From assembly GCA_964658305.1 (NCBI GenBank), contig OZ210885.1, positions 4,340,001-4,404,000 of the forward strand: 64,000 nt of DNA, in the 5' to 3' direction. The position numbers were made by a program, and so were the translations under genes. This document shows, in pieces, positions 1 to 11,452 of this stretch. The notes beneath the pieces were generated by a model. The model did not search any database. It was not told the DNA's origin and was given only the letters and a program-made list of their open reading frames with translations. The stretch is from Leptogorgia sarmentosa. Its lineage: Eukaryota. Positions within the stretch are counted from its first letter, which is position 1, and each line of letters starts with the position of its first letter.

Positions 1-128
1 TGCAAATACGCCAACATCGTGGTTATTCTAGCATACAAAATTGGCTCAATTGTTCTGTTGCACTCGACTGCGATCATCGCGCACAAAAAGTTAAGCTACA
101 CGAACAGTCTGAATGCCATAAGATATGT

Positions 129-2200
129 ATGTCAACGGAAGAACAGAGGAAAAAGAATGCAATTTTTTCCTCCTCTCAAATTAACAAAAAAAAAGAAGAG
201 GAGATTACTGAGCGATTCCTTCTGCGATGTTATGGATTGATACAGTGGCACGTACCATATAATCGATATCCATTTATTACATATCTGCACCACCTACAGG
301 GAGTCGAAGTGGGAAACCGCCACCTAACCGATATGGCGATGGCTAGCGCTACTGACTGCATTTATGATGTGCAGTTACGTTCCTTGGTGAAGTTTATTAA
401 CTCTTCCAATCCCTCTACTGGTCGTCTTCGACATTGCCATTTATCGTTCGATAAAGTTACGGTCGAGCACGTTACACGTCAAGTAGTAAACCTCAGACTT
501 CTTGATCTCAATGGTGAACCTGTCTGCATCAATGGCAATCAGAGCGTCATTTCCCGCCACGAAGATCCTGTGCCCGACTATACCATTAGCCTCGGAGATA
601 TCCTGTGGGAGACCATTCGAGTGATGCAAGAGGTGTGTTCTGCCACATCCACGACTTTCTACGCAAGCAACTAACAATGTCGAATGAAACCATTGGAAAG
701 GTAGTCACTTCATCGTCTTCAGACTGCGAGGCTGTTTACATTGGTGAACTTCAAGGCCTCCAACGCCTTTGGAAAGAGAAATTTAATAAAGCCCATATTC
801 ATTTTGGTGACAGAGCACACAAGATCGAATCAATGATAGGGAGCATACGCAAAGATACAGAAATGAAATGGCTGGACGATACTTTGTCTAAATTGGACAA
901 TATCATTTCAAAAGTTTGTCAGTCACCAAAACAACACAGAGAACTGAGACATACGGCAACTCTTAGTCATTCACTGGTTAAAAGCATGAAAAGACTAGTC
1001 GAAACAAGGTTTATCCGTTATTTGGTTGGTTCGATTGATGCCGTCTTAACCAACGCCTATGTCCTGGAGTTGCTGTGGCAACAACAAGCTGCGGACGGAG
1101 ATAACGAAATTCGCGGTCATTTGAAGAATCTAGTAGATCCGCTTTTTCTTCCAACTTTGGTCATACTAGCTGACGTGTTTAGCCAGTCGGCATTCGCTAG
1201 TGAGATAAAGCCAATGTTGAGAAGTTTCTTCAAAAAGTGAAAAAAATTAACGAAGTGCCTGTTTTGGAAAATCCCTTAAACAAACGCCTACGACTCCACC
1301 ACCCAAGCATAAAGAATGGTATATTTACCCCGAATGCTGCTAAACCTGAGCAACATGGAAATATATTGCAACGTGACGTCGAATTTCAACCTCGACTAAG
1401 AGGCCACATCTTGACGCCAGATTTGATAACTCGGGCTGTTGGAGATAGGCTCAAGCAGTTAACCACTGCCGTCTTAGAAAAAGCACCAAGATTCCTATCT
1501 TTGACTGAACAAGAGCAGCACATCGTGAATATGTTTAATATCAGATCCTTCAATTTCCATAACCCTGTAAGTTTACGTGAACAGTTTAATAGCGATTTCC
1601 TTGCATTCGCCAGTCATCTCAACAACAGTAAACTTCCATTTCCTCGAGAACGTTGTGGTGAAGCATGCACTGGAATAAAATGTTCCTGCCTGTTAGACCA
1701 GTACATAACTTTCAAAGAAAGAGTTCGGGACAGACAACAAGGATCGATTTGAGGACGCCTGGTTTACGGAAAACGAGGCAGGCCAAGTAAGATGGAATAT
1801 AACAAGCGTTTTGAGCTATTTCCAGAAAACTGAATTCGGCTTGCATGAACAGATTCCAGATGTAGTCGAAATCATAGAAATATGTCTCATGTCCAGGTCA
1901 CAATCTGATACAGAAAGATTTGGTAAGTTAATGAAAGACGTCTCAGAGAAACGATTCGGCGGGAAGTTCAATGAAACGCACCATGATAAAGATAAAAGTG
2001 ACAGGGTTAACGAAGAAACCTTCATCTATGGCAATTCAGTCCCCTTCCATTCACTTCCCCTTGAAGATTTGCGAAAGGAATGGGCAAAGACTCACTTACC
2101 TGCCATTTTACGAACAAACCCAGGCAAGGAGAGTTCTACTTTAAAGACTTTACGAAATAACGAACAGAAAATAAGATTTTGGTTTCACAAAAATAGTTAA
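129..2200 (+). pseudogene. hAT-type (ZNF862-like) DDE transposase, frameshifted; 5' part probably outside the window
   Basis: Consecutive ORFs 129-674, 605-1240, 1237-1752 and 1811-2200 carry hAT-like motifs in order: LSFDKVT (first D), SSDCEAVYIG..G..HFGDRAHKIE (DGA..G / CxAH-like), ETRF (TRW-like) and SQSDTERF (catalytic E region). At least three frame breaks. Confidence 0.6.
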
Positions 2201-2538
2201 TAATACTATATAACTATATATCAATATTAACCTTAACCTTGCTTGACCAAAATGTAAAATCATTAATTAATTTCTGAATTAAATAGTCAATGACTCAATA
2301 GATGTTTATAGTAAAGTCTTCAGTATTCAGATCGTATTTTCTATTGGAGTTCTTACTTATTAATCGTATATAAAGTGGTATATCGATCGGTAAGTCGTTT
2401 GTTCGGCAGTGCAGAACACTAAACAATGAAGTCATTCATGACGTAATCAGCTTTAATTTGCCTACTCAAAAAACACCCATAGTAGGCCATCAGATCCAAA
2501 ACTAGGTTATCACCCGGAAACCCCAGGAACAAGAAAAA

Positions 2539-2555
2539 GTCCATTTGGAGCCCTG
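2539..2555 (-). mobile_element. Probable right TIR of the hAT element (CAGGGCTCCAAATGGAC on the minus strand)
   Basis: CAGGG-type terminus typical of hAT elements, about 350 bp after the transposase stop. The partner TIR is not in the window. Confidence 0.45.
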
Positions 2556-2739
2556 TTCTTGGGGCCCTAGGCTTATTAGAGGGGAGATGGCTAAAAAGAG
2601 GCTGGGGGCTATGTAGAGGAATTATGCTATTTCAATAGAACTGAACTTGCTAAGACAGGATGTTTATTACTGTTTGATACATTTGTAAATATAAACTTTT
2701 TATTTAACACAACACACTCTGAAGGTCATTCGAAGTATT

Positions 2740-4234
2740 TCACATAAATTCTACGAACGCGCTTTCCAGCAGTTCATTAGTGACCATGTTTCGAGCAGGT
2801 TGTCTTTGCCGCTGAAATTCAGCATCATAATGAATAGCTTGACCAACCATCTTCTGGCTGACGGTTTCATTGTTTTCTTCACAAATGTTGTGTAAAATGA
2901 AACAAGTGTGAATTACAGCAGGAAGGTCATCTATATTAATATCCATCTCTCGCCTCAAGCAGCCAAAGCGTGCCTTCAACCTCCCAAATGCACATTCAAC
3001 TACCATCCGAGCAGAGGAAAGCCTGTACCCAAAAAATTGTTCCTGGGCATCCTTGCCCCTTTCTGCAAACTCTTTCATCAGGAATGGCAAAAGGGGATAT
3101 GCAGGGTCTCCTAGTATACAGATAGGGGCAGGATCCTCATTCTCAACAATAACTCTAGGACAAGTAGGAATCGTACCATCTCGCAACTTTTTATTAAGTG
3201 AGGAGTTTGCAAACATATGAGCGTCGTGCACGCTTCCCGGCCATTTGATTACTAGGTCTATAAAACAGTATTTATAACCCACCAATGCTTGAGTATCTCC
3301 CTTTCCTGTTAATGAAATAAGTTGCATTTTCCTTAGGCCTTTTAATGGGAACGTGAGTGCCGTCTACAGCACCTAAACATTGGGGAAATCCATGTTGTTT
3401 GTAAAATTCAGTTACCAGAGCTTTCACTTGCTCTTCGGTCTTTGGTAGCTTAATAGAATCCCCCATGACATTGCTGATTATTTGTGTTACAAACCTAACT
3501 ACAACCGAAACAGTGCATTTTGCTATTCCAAAAGCATTTGCCACCTTTTGCATTCTTCCTTCGTCTGCAATGTAGTAAAGCGTGATCGCAACTTGTATTT
3601 CCACAGACAATGGTTTTCTAAATCTAGTTGTTTCCTTCTCAATATATAGACGCAATTGGTTACAAAGTTTCATGAAGTTAGGTTTAGACAAACGGAAGTT
3701 CTCCTTCCACGCTTCGTTAACAACCTTATTGTATAGAAAGTTTTTAGAAAGTTTTCAAACCATAAATTTGAGGGTCCAGGTCTTATCCACATTCGTCTCT
3801 GTTGCCTCGTTCTTGTTTTTGCTTTTCTGCCATGAATGCATGTGTTTAATAAAGATGCCTGGCTGTACTTTCGTCTTCTCCTGTATATACCCAGTAAAAG
3901 CAAATATGCAGCTGATGCAATTTGAAGAAGCGAACATGAAATTGATAGCATTGTAGCAAGGATTACTATTTGTTGTGGAGTTTCCCACGGCGCCATTTTG
4001 AATTATGTTTCGAAATTCGTACTCAAAATCGGTTCGATTAGTGTTTACACTAGAAACAGAGCGACACAAAAACCGATCCGACACGCCATGTACCACTTCG
4101 AACTGCGGACCGTCGCACGGTTGCTTCGTTTGCAAGATTGATGCGATTGCATCGTTTCCGGTGTAAACAGAAGCCTTATCCGGCTTCGTTTTTGCGTCGG
4201 TACGCAAGTGATCCGGTACAGTGTAAACATAGCG
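2740..4234 (-). mobile_element. PIF/Harbinger transposon remnant: frameshifted HARBI1-like DDE transposase plus its 5' TIR
   Basis: Motifs GAVDGTHVPI, WPGSVHDA, ILGDPAYPL and RMVVECAFGRLKARF across ORFs 3670-3996, 3272-3691 and 2740-3327. Terminus CGCTATGTTTACACTG (minus strand) ends at 4234, followed by TAA at 4235-4237. The other end and the Myb/SANT ORF are not seen. Confidence 0.9.
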
Positions 4235-4235
4235 T

Positions 4236-4918
4236 AAGTTTGCCCAGCGTTCCAACATGGAACAAAACTGAACAGATCAATGATCCACAGGTGTTCTTCG
4301 ATTACCTTACCTCGGACGAAATCAGCGTGCTTGATGCTGACCTCGTCAGTGATGACCTTATTGAAATCCACTACGAGTATACTGATAACTTTATTCAACC
4401 CGATGCCAAAACCAATGTGGTCGTCGCTGCCTTTACCACCGCCTATGCTCACCTTAAATTGTACGACGTGTTGGACATGCTACAAGAGAGAGTCTTGTAC
4501 TACGATACTGACTCTGATTTTCATGAGCAAACCGAACGAACCCAAACCTCCATTGGGTAACCATCTGGGTGAATTAAGCAATGAGTTGGGCGGGGAATAC
4601 ATTACCGTGTTCACGTCTGGTGGTCCAAAGAATTATTGCTATTGTACTAGTGGTGGAAAAGTGGAAACTAAGGTGCATGGCATCACCCTAGATTGCACAG
4701 CAAGACAAAAAGTGAATTTCTATGTGATTCGTGCGTTGGTATTTTTACGTGCCGAGTGTCAAGTGACGGGACATGTATCGGAGGACAGTACCTTCAGGAT
4801 CACGAGAAATGCCCAGACGAAAGAAATAGAGACAAAACGCATGAAAAAAGACTATCGCATTGATTATGACAAAAATGTAATTGTAAATAATTACAAAACA
4901 TTACCTTATGGATATTAA
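4236..4918 (+). pseudogene. C-terminal part of a protein-primed family B DNA polymerase (Polinton/Maverick or adintovirus-like)
   Basis: KFAQRSN at the junction, then NVVVAAFTTAYAHLKLY, VLYYDTDS, LGELSNEL, SGGPKNY, KVHGITL and the terminal TLPYGY. Frameshifts occur near 4260 and 4518. Confidence 0.85.
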
Positions 4919-4979
4919 ATAGTTACAAAAGTTATAAAAATAAATGTTAACAACAATCCATGTTTTCGATCTTTAGTTT

Positions 4980-5520
4980 ATGATAATGGTCCAAATGCAC
5001 CCCTGTTTCATAGGGCCGCAAAAGTGGGTAATATCATTGGATTTAACAAAGACATGACCGCCTTCAATTTCTCCGAGATTTTGGTGTTGTTCCCTCGAGT
5101 CTGTTTTATAGATCTTCGGCATAACCCAATACAATGTGTTAATTTAATGCTTGTGACACCGTTGATTCAGACCGACTGTGCGTCGAGAAATCAGTCTGTG
5201 CAACCCAGCAACATCAAAACGTTTACATTGTCCTCCTTGTTCACCATGATTTCAACTTCCACCACGATTTCCACCACGATTTCAACTTCCATCAGTCCAC
5301 CTAACGTTTCAACCGAAAAGTCGAACACCCTCATTTACGTACTTGTCCTCATATGTATTGTTTGTGCTGTTTTCGTTTGTATTTTAATTTTTTGATGTGT
5401 TTTGTCACGCGTTCGACAGATGAGACCACAGTTGATCCCGGAGATGATCTCCTTGCGGAACATTGATTCCGAGACGTTGTCAACATCAAGCGGTAGCGAG
5501 ATACTATTATTCTTGTGGTT
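4980..5520 (+). pseudogene. Degraded type I membrane protein (LRR-cap-like motif, Ser/Thr stalk, TM helix), probably cargo of the polB element
   Basis: IDLRHNPIQC, a S/T-rich stalk and hydrophobic LIYVLVLICIVCAVFVCILIF. After the TGA at 5393-5395 the same frame continues into ORF 5402. Confidence 0.45.
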
Positions 5521-5820
5521 GCCCCCGAGCCACGGCGCGAAGCGCAGTCCGGGCATTACCCAGGGCGAGGGTAATAATTCTGCATGGCGGAGTCCAAAGT
5601 TGCTCGATTTGGCAGCCATTTTTGGTTAAGGTGTAAGAGCAAAATGTGTAAGGGTGGTCATCACTGATCTCAAAATTATGGTGGACTATCATGACGAGCT
5701 GAAGCTTTTGGTCCTTTGTAAAGGCGAAAACAAAGACAAGATCTACGCTGTAAGACCTGAAAAGCCTTCTCAGAATATATAAAACGCTGAGAAAAGGGAA
5801 CAAGCGACTACGGATTGAAA

Positions 5821-6367
5821 CACAAGATAAGTTCGTCAATATCTTGTCAGCACTGAACTTTCTACAGTCTACTGTTTGTATGAAAGGTCACCGTAGCCGC
5901 ATTTAATCTATTCACGGCTCAATTCCAGAGTATAAGTTTATCATTTTAAAGGCAGGACTTCACAAAATATTTACAAACTTTACCCCAAAAGAACACGAGC
6001 GAACATTGGTTGGAAATTGTTTCATATCAAAGACTGACTTAATTAAACCGTTTTATGCAAATAAATGTAGTATTTCGCACCAAATTCAAGTTTACATTAG
6101 TCCTAATAACGTACGGATAACAAATGGTTCTCAAAATAAAAAAAAATGCCAATAAAACAAAGATAAAAGCTGATATTTTGACTGTTTTCAAAAAGTTACA
6201 GAAATATGAATTCCGATCGTGTTTCCATGACAACAACCTCAGGCGGCCTTCGAAGTACTTCATGTTCCAAAAATATAGTTCCATTAATTAGTCAGTAAGG
6301 CGAGGGGTTGCTGCATATATGTATTTCTAGTCTAGTTATATACTACCGTTGTGTTTTGTTGGTATAT
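5821..6367 (+). repeat. Direct repeat of about 540 bp, copy 1 (copy 2 at 8320-8853)
   Basis: CACAAGATAAGT...CTAGTTATATAC..GTTGGTATAT aligns with 8320-8853 apart from a few substitutions and two indels of about 20-25 bp. Confidence 0.9.
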
Positions 6368-6509
6368 GACCGTATTGTTAAAAATAGCACAAATGTTAAT
6401 AACAAACAGGGGCGTATTTTGTACAGTCCACAGCTTCATGTTGATACTGGTAAGCAGTTGTCTCGTAGGTGACTTATATTATACAGATGCTTATTGACTT
6501 ATATTATAC

Positions 6510-7246
6510 AGCGCTATTGGAAGCAGGGGTGGCAAAAAACCATTAGTGTGTTAAAAGAAGTAGAGGTAACTGTTAAAACAATAAAATAATCGGTTTTGAT
6601 AGCAAAAAAGCTGTTTTTTATCACATTTCCTTGTTGCTCTATGTAGTTGCTTGTTGAAAGATGTCTAAGAACCTCAACGCCCGGTTTGTTAGTCGCTATC
6701 GGAATTAAAGGTGGCCAAATACTCGCCATAAAAATCTCTGAATATTTCCTTCATTTAAAAGCACTTTTTTCGCTAGTGTATGCCAATATTTTTCAGGTTT
6801 TCGAAGACATTTTCTGTGTTCATTGTTGAAATGTCCTCTTTGGCTTTGCATTTCGAAATATTGTAGTTTTTTACTGTTAATATAAAGTGTCTAATACTTG
6901 TGCTATCAAGGCGTTTGTGTCTTTCATCTGAAAAAGATTTGCTTCTTTTTAATACCTTTTCTGTTCTGTGATATCCACATATGGGTACTTATATTCATCT
7001 ATTTTTCGACAGGCAGTAGAAACAGCGCCAATGGAAGAAGGGGTGAAGCAAGAAACTGTTAGCGCGTTAAAACAAGAGGTAACTGTTAAAACAATAAAAT
7101 AATTGGTTTTGATAGCAAAAAAGCTGTTTTTTATCACATTTCCTTGTTGCTCTATGTAGTTGCTTGTTGAAAGATGTCTAAGAACCTCAACGCCCGGTTT
7201 TAGTCCCTATCGGAATTAAAGGCGGCCAACTTCATTTAAAAGCACT
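6510..7246 (+). repeat. Direct repeat pair of about 210 bp (6510-6720 and 7025-7246)
   Basis: Shared block GAGGTAACTGTTAAAACAATAAAATAAT...CGGAATTAAAGG. Confidence 0.85.
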
Positions 7247-7882
7247 ATTCTCAATGCTCGTAATGATATGCGAACAACAAATTAAGGACAAACAAAGGTT
7301 TTATCAAGCATAATAGCATAGATAATCTGCATGAATGGGTAACAAAGCTATGAAAGGTGGAAAACGCCATGAACTCGGCTCTTGTTCAGTTACACAGTTG
7401 AGAAGCAAGCTTTCAGCTTGGCGTGGGGCGCTGATCAATATTGCCATACCTTAAATAAACTGAGCATGAAGTCGAGCAATGAGAAATAGTATACTTTTTT
7501 CACTACAAACGTTATAAATATAGATTTCTGCGTTCTGAACTACTGTCCCACTGAGCGCTATATAAAAACTATTAGAGTTTCACCTATACTGCATGCTCAG
7601 ACGACAAAGGCATAGGCTATGTATATATACAATACGGTTGAAGTGAAAAACAGTCCTAATAGACCCAAACCTCAATAGTGAATATGACAATAACAATTTT
7701 TTCAATCTTCACAGAATACTGGTATACAAACTAGGTCAACCAAAGGGGAAACAGACCCAGTATTCAGGCCGACGTTTTGCTTGCTTATGTAGCTACCATA
7801 AATTTGATCTCTTCGCCGAATAATAAGTAAATTTTATACCTGTTTTTAATGCGCTATATAGAAAACAGCCCTTGAACTTGAT

Positions 7883-8320
7883 GTGGCAGCTGCAACAAAT
7901 TTGACAGCGACATGTTTGGATATGGCAGCTGCAACAAATTGGACAGCGACATCTTTGGATATGGCAGCTGCAACAAATTTGACAGCGACATGTTTGGATA
8001 TGGCAGCTGCAACAAATTTGACAGCGACATGTTTGGATATGGCAGCTGCAACAGATTTGACAGCGACATGTTTGGATATGGCAGCTGCAACAAATTTGAC
8101 AGCGACATGTTTGGATATGGCAGCTGCAACAAATTTGACAGCGACATGTTTGGATATGGCAGCTGCAAGAAATTGGACAGCGACATGTTTGGATATGGCA
8201 GCTGCACGAAATTGGACAGCGACATGTTTGGATATGGCAGCTGCAACAGATTTGACAGCGACATGTTTGGATATGGCAGCTGCAACAAATTGGACAGCGA
8301 CATGTTTGGATATGGCAGCA
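7883..8320. repeat. 39-bp minisatellite, 11 full units plus a partial unit
   Basis: Unit ATGGCAGCTGCAACAAATTTGACAGCGACATGTTTGGAT repeated head to tail with single-base variants and no unique spacers. Confidence 0.97.
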
Positions 8321-8853
8321 CAAGATAAGTTTGTCAATATCTTGTCGACAGTGAACTTTTGTTTTGCGTATTTACTATATCTACAGTCTACTGCTTGTAC
8401 GAAAGGTCGCCGTAGCTGCATTTAATCTATTCACGGCTCAATTCCAGAGTATAAGTTTATCATTTTAAAGGCAGGACTTCACAAAATATTTACAAACTTT
8501 ACCCCAAAAGAACACGAACGAACATTGGTTGGAAATTGTTTCATATCAAAGACTGACTTAATTAAACCGTTTTATGCAAATAAATGTAGTATTTTGCACC
8601 AAATTCAAGTTTACATTAGTCCTAATAACGTACGGATAACAAATGGTTCTCGAAATAAAAAAAATGCCAATAAAACAAAGATAAAAGCTGATATTTTGAC
8701 TGTTTTCAAAAAGTTACAGAAATATGAATTTCGATCGTGTTTTCATGTTCCAAAAATATAGTTGCATTAATTAGTCAGTAAGGCGAGGGGTTGCTGCATA
8801 TATGTATTTCTAGTCTAGTTATATACACTACTGTTGTGTTTTTGTTGGTATAT
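8320..8853 (+). repeat. Direct repeat of about 540 bp, copy 2
   Basis: Matches 5821-6367. Confidence 0.9.
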
Positions 8854-10424
8854 ATATACTATTGTTTTGTTGTGCTATTGTGAAGAATTTCCAGCTGGTC
8901 CTGTCTTGGGAAGAAACGTATACAATTGAAATGTTGCAGCATGCTTCATTGATTGTTGTCGGTATGTTAAGGGGAAATGAACCAGGCCGCGAAAATGTGT
9001 CAAAGATATCCAATCCCTATCCTCGCCAGCTACAACCGCCTCATCTACCCAAACACAGTCTGATCCGTCAACCCCTCAATTCCTAATGGATCTTCCTGAA
9101 CATCACGAATACCTATTGAACCTTCCTACAGACCCTTTTTCAATCTCTGACCCAGTTATGGACCTTCCTGACCCTGACGAATTCTTAATGAACCTTCCAG
9201 AACTGCCAGACCTGGGGGACATTTCCACCGAACTAGAATCATAAGAAGAAAAAAACAACAAGGGATCCAAGGATAGTGCAAAGTTTCTAAGAAGGCATTA
9301 AAGTCGTATTTTTTTAAAAGAAAACTAAGGAAACATTGTTGACGTGATACGAGCAAATAATCACTATTTTATTGTCGGAAAGCAACTGGCAATCGCAGCA
9401 GCGCGTGTTAAAAGCAAATCAGATAAATCTCTGACCTCTGACCTTTTTAAAATTATATACACATACTGAACAAATTTAAATGAGTTTATAAATCATAAAG
9501 TGCACGCTACATCTGTGTCGTAATAAAATATCCAGTTTATCAGGTTTAGTTCTGGCTGAGTTTAATTGTAGTAAATTATTCTTTTACATCAGGAGTACAC
9601 TAGTAAATGAATGGCAATACCGCGAGACGGCGAAGAGTCGCAGATGGCGAAAACAAACATGAACGCTATAAATGTGAAAGCTCGCAAATATGTTGCCTAT
9701 CATCAACCGATTTAAAATTATAGCTATCCTGTTGTGACAAGTTCTACTGTGTTACACATCTGAGTTTGCCCGCTATTTACGAATTGCGATGGCAATGTCG
9801 GCCAACTAAATCTTTGATATATTCGCACAGCAGCAGTTAACAGTAGCTATTTTAAATTGTGCATGACAAGCCAAATACAAGTTTTCTACTAATAATGATA
9901 ATGAATTCAAATCTCTAGATTCATTGCTGATATATAAAGAACATTTTAACTGCTTTATCAATGTATTCAAACATGATGGCCAAATTATATTATCATCATA
10001 GACAAAATCACATAGTGAATTACTGATTGACGGTCCCACTCTTAGCGTCCACCATATTGTGTAATTTCATTCCCAAGAATTGTGCTGAGTTGCAATTTTT
10101 GCAAAAACTGAAATTCCGGAGGGGCCTCCGCCAATTGTGTACTGTATTTCTGCGCTTCTTTGATCACATTTCTCATCTAACTAACTTTCGTATCGATGAG
10201 AACAACTGCAAATAATGATGAGCAATGATATAAAACTGCAATGGAATCATTTTTGTTGAAACATTCCAAGGATATGAGTCAACTACGGAGTTTCGCATAT
10301 CAGGAAAATTTGAGACGCTCCCCCTGGAGTTTACGCTATGAATCGCTGAATGACTGATGTGAATTTTTGCCACTCATCACAATACTGCAAAGTTTCTTTG
10401 AAACTTTGCACTAAAAAGGGTATA

Positions 10425-10560
10425 GGTTCGGTAAAATTTGTCCCTACAGAGAGTATCCACATTTGTTCAGAACATTTCAGCTCTGTCATGAAGGAAGAGG
10501 GTGGATCGAAAGTACTGTTAAAGCCAATTGCTGTTCCAATGATATTTCCAACGGTTCAGG
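10425..10560 (+). pseudogene. THAP zinc-finger C-terminal remnant
   Basis: HICSEHF...LLKPIAVPMIFP matches the THAP CSxHF...LKxxAVPTIF signature. Confidence 0.65.
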
Positions 10561-11233
10561 TGCACAAGCATTTTGTATGCTTGTCATTTCTTGGACATTG
10601 AAATGTCTCAACTGCTTTTTTAAATTATCAATTCGAGGTCAAAATTACAAAAAAAGGTAAAATGTGTCACTGTCTCAGCAACAATCAAACAAGGCTGAAA
10701 AAATAGCTAATAATTAAAATATGAAGGAGAACTGCCTAACAAATTCTCGAAACAACTTCTGTACCACCAAATGGTACTAGAACTCCACCAATTCGACAGG
10801 TCAAAATTGTAGACTGCCTTTCTCATTTTTTAAATGCCAGAATGTCAAAGTTCCAACGAATTATATTGTACTGAAATGTGTTCATGACCAGCATCTTCCA
10901 TCTCCAGGGGATCAATGAAGGGGACAAGTGTCACTTGCAAAACTTCGCATGAAGATGAGAAAAAAGTAGAGGGTATATCAGAAAAAAACCAATCTTCAGT
11001 GACCAGGGTTAACTTTAACAACACTAAAAAATAATCAACTTCAAACTAGGTTTAGCAGAACTCTTCCCAACCATAAAACCTATCTCTTCAACTTCTAAAA
11101 CTGTATTAAATTCATACGATTGATAATATACCACACAAACTATATATCTTTACTGCCACTTATTTGAAGGAGTTTGTTTTGGCCATCGCATTACAGTCCT
11201 AAAATCTTAAGGTTTCATATAAAAGTCATAAAT

Positions 11234-11435
11234 TTATGTTTCCTTAGAAGAGTGTGCCATATTGTATCTAGATGTCGCACTCTTCGATGATTTCATAAGT
11301 TCCTCAGTAGGCTGCCATTTGAAGCAGGGCGTTGTGGATTCCGGATACTGAAGTTTCATTGCGAGGATGTTCAACAATGTACTGTCCAGCGATAAACTCG
11401 AACGATTTTTACGAACAATTCTGAAAAGGCGATTC
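11234..11435 (-). pseudogene. hAT transposase C-terminal (dimerization region) remnant
   Basis: RLFRIVRKNRSSL..STL.NIL...CFKWQPTEEL.K.SKSAT..YN resembles the C-termini of invertebrate hAT transposases. It is truncated upstream by the element starting at 11453. Confidence 0.6.
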
Positions 11436-11452
11436 ACAAATAAAGGTGGCAC

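Noticed and set aside
7883..8320. CRISPR array or repetitive (antifreeze/metallothionein-like) protein
   Set aside because: There are no unique spacers or cas genes and the context is eukaryotic. The open frames follow from a 39-bp unit that lacks stops.
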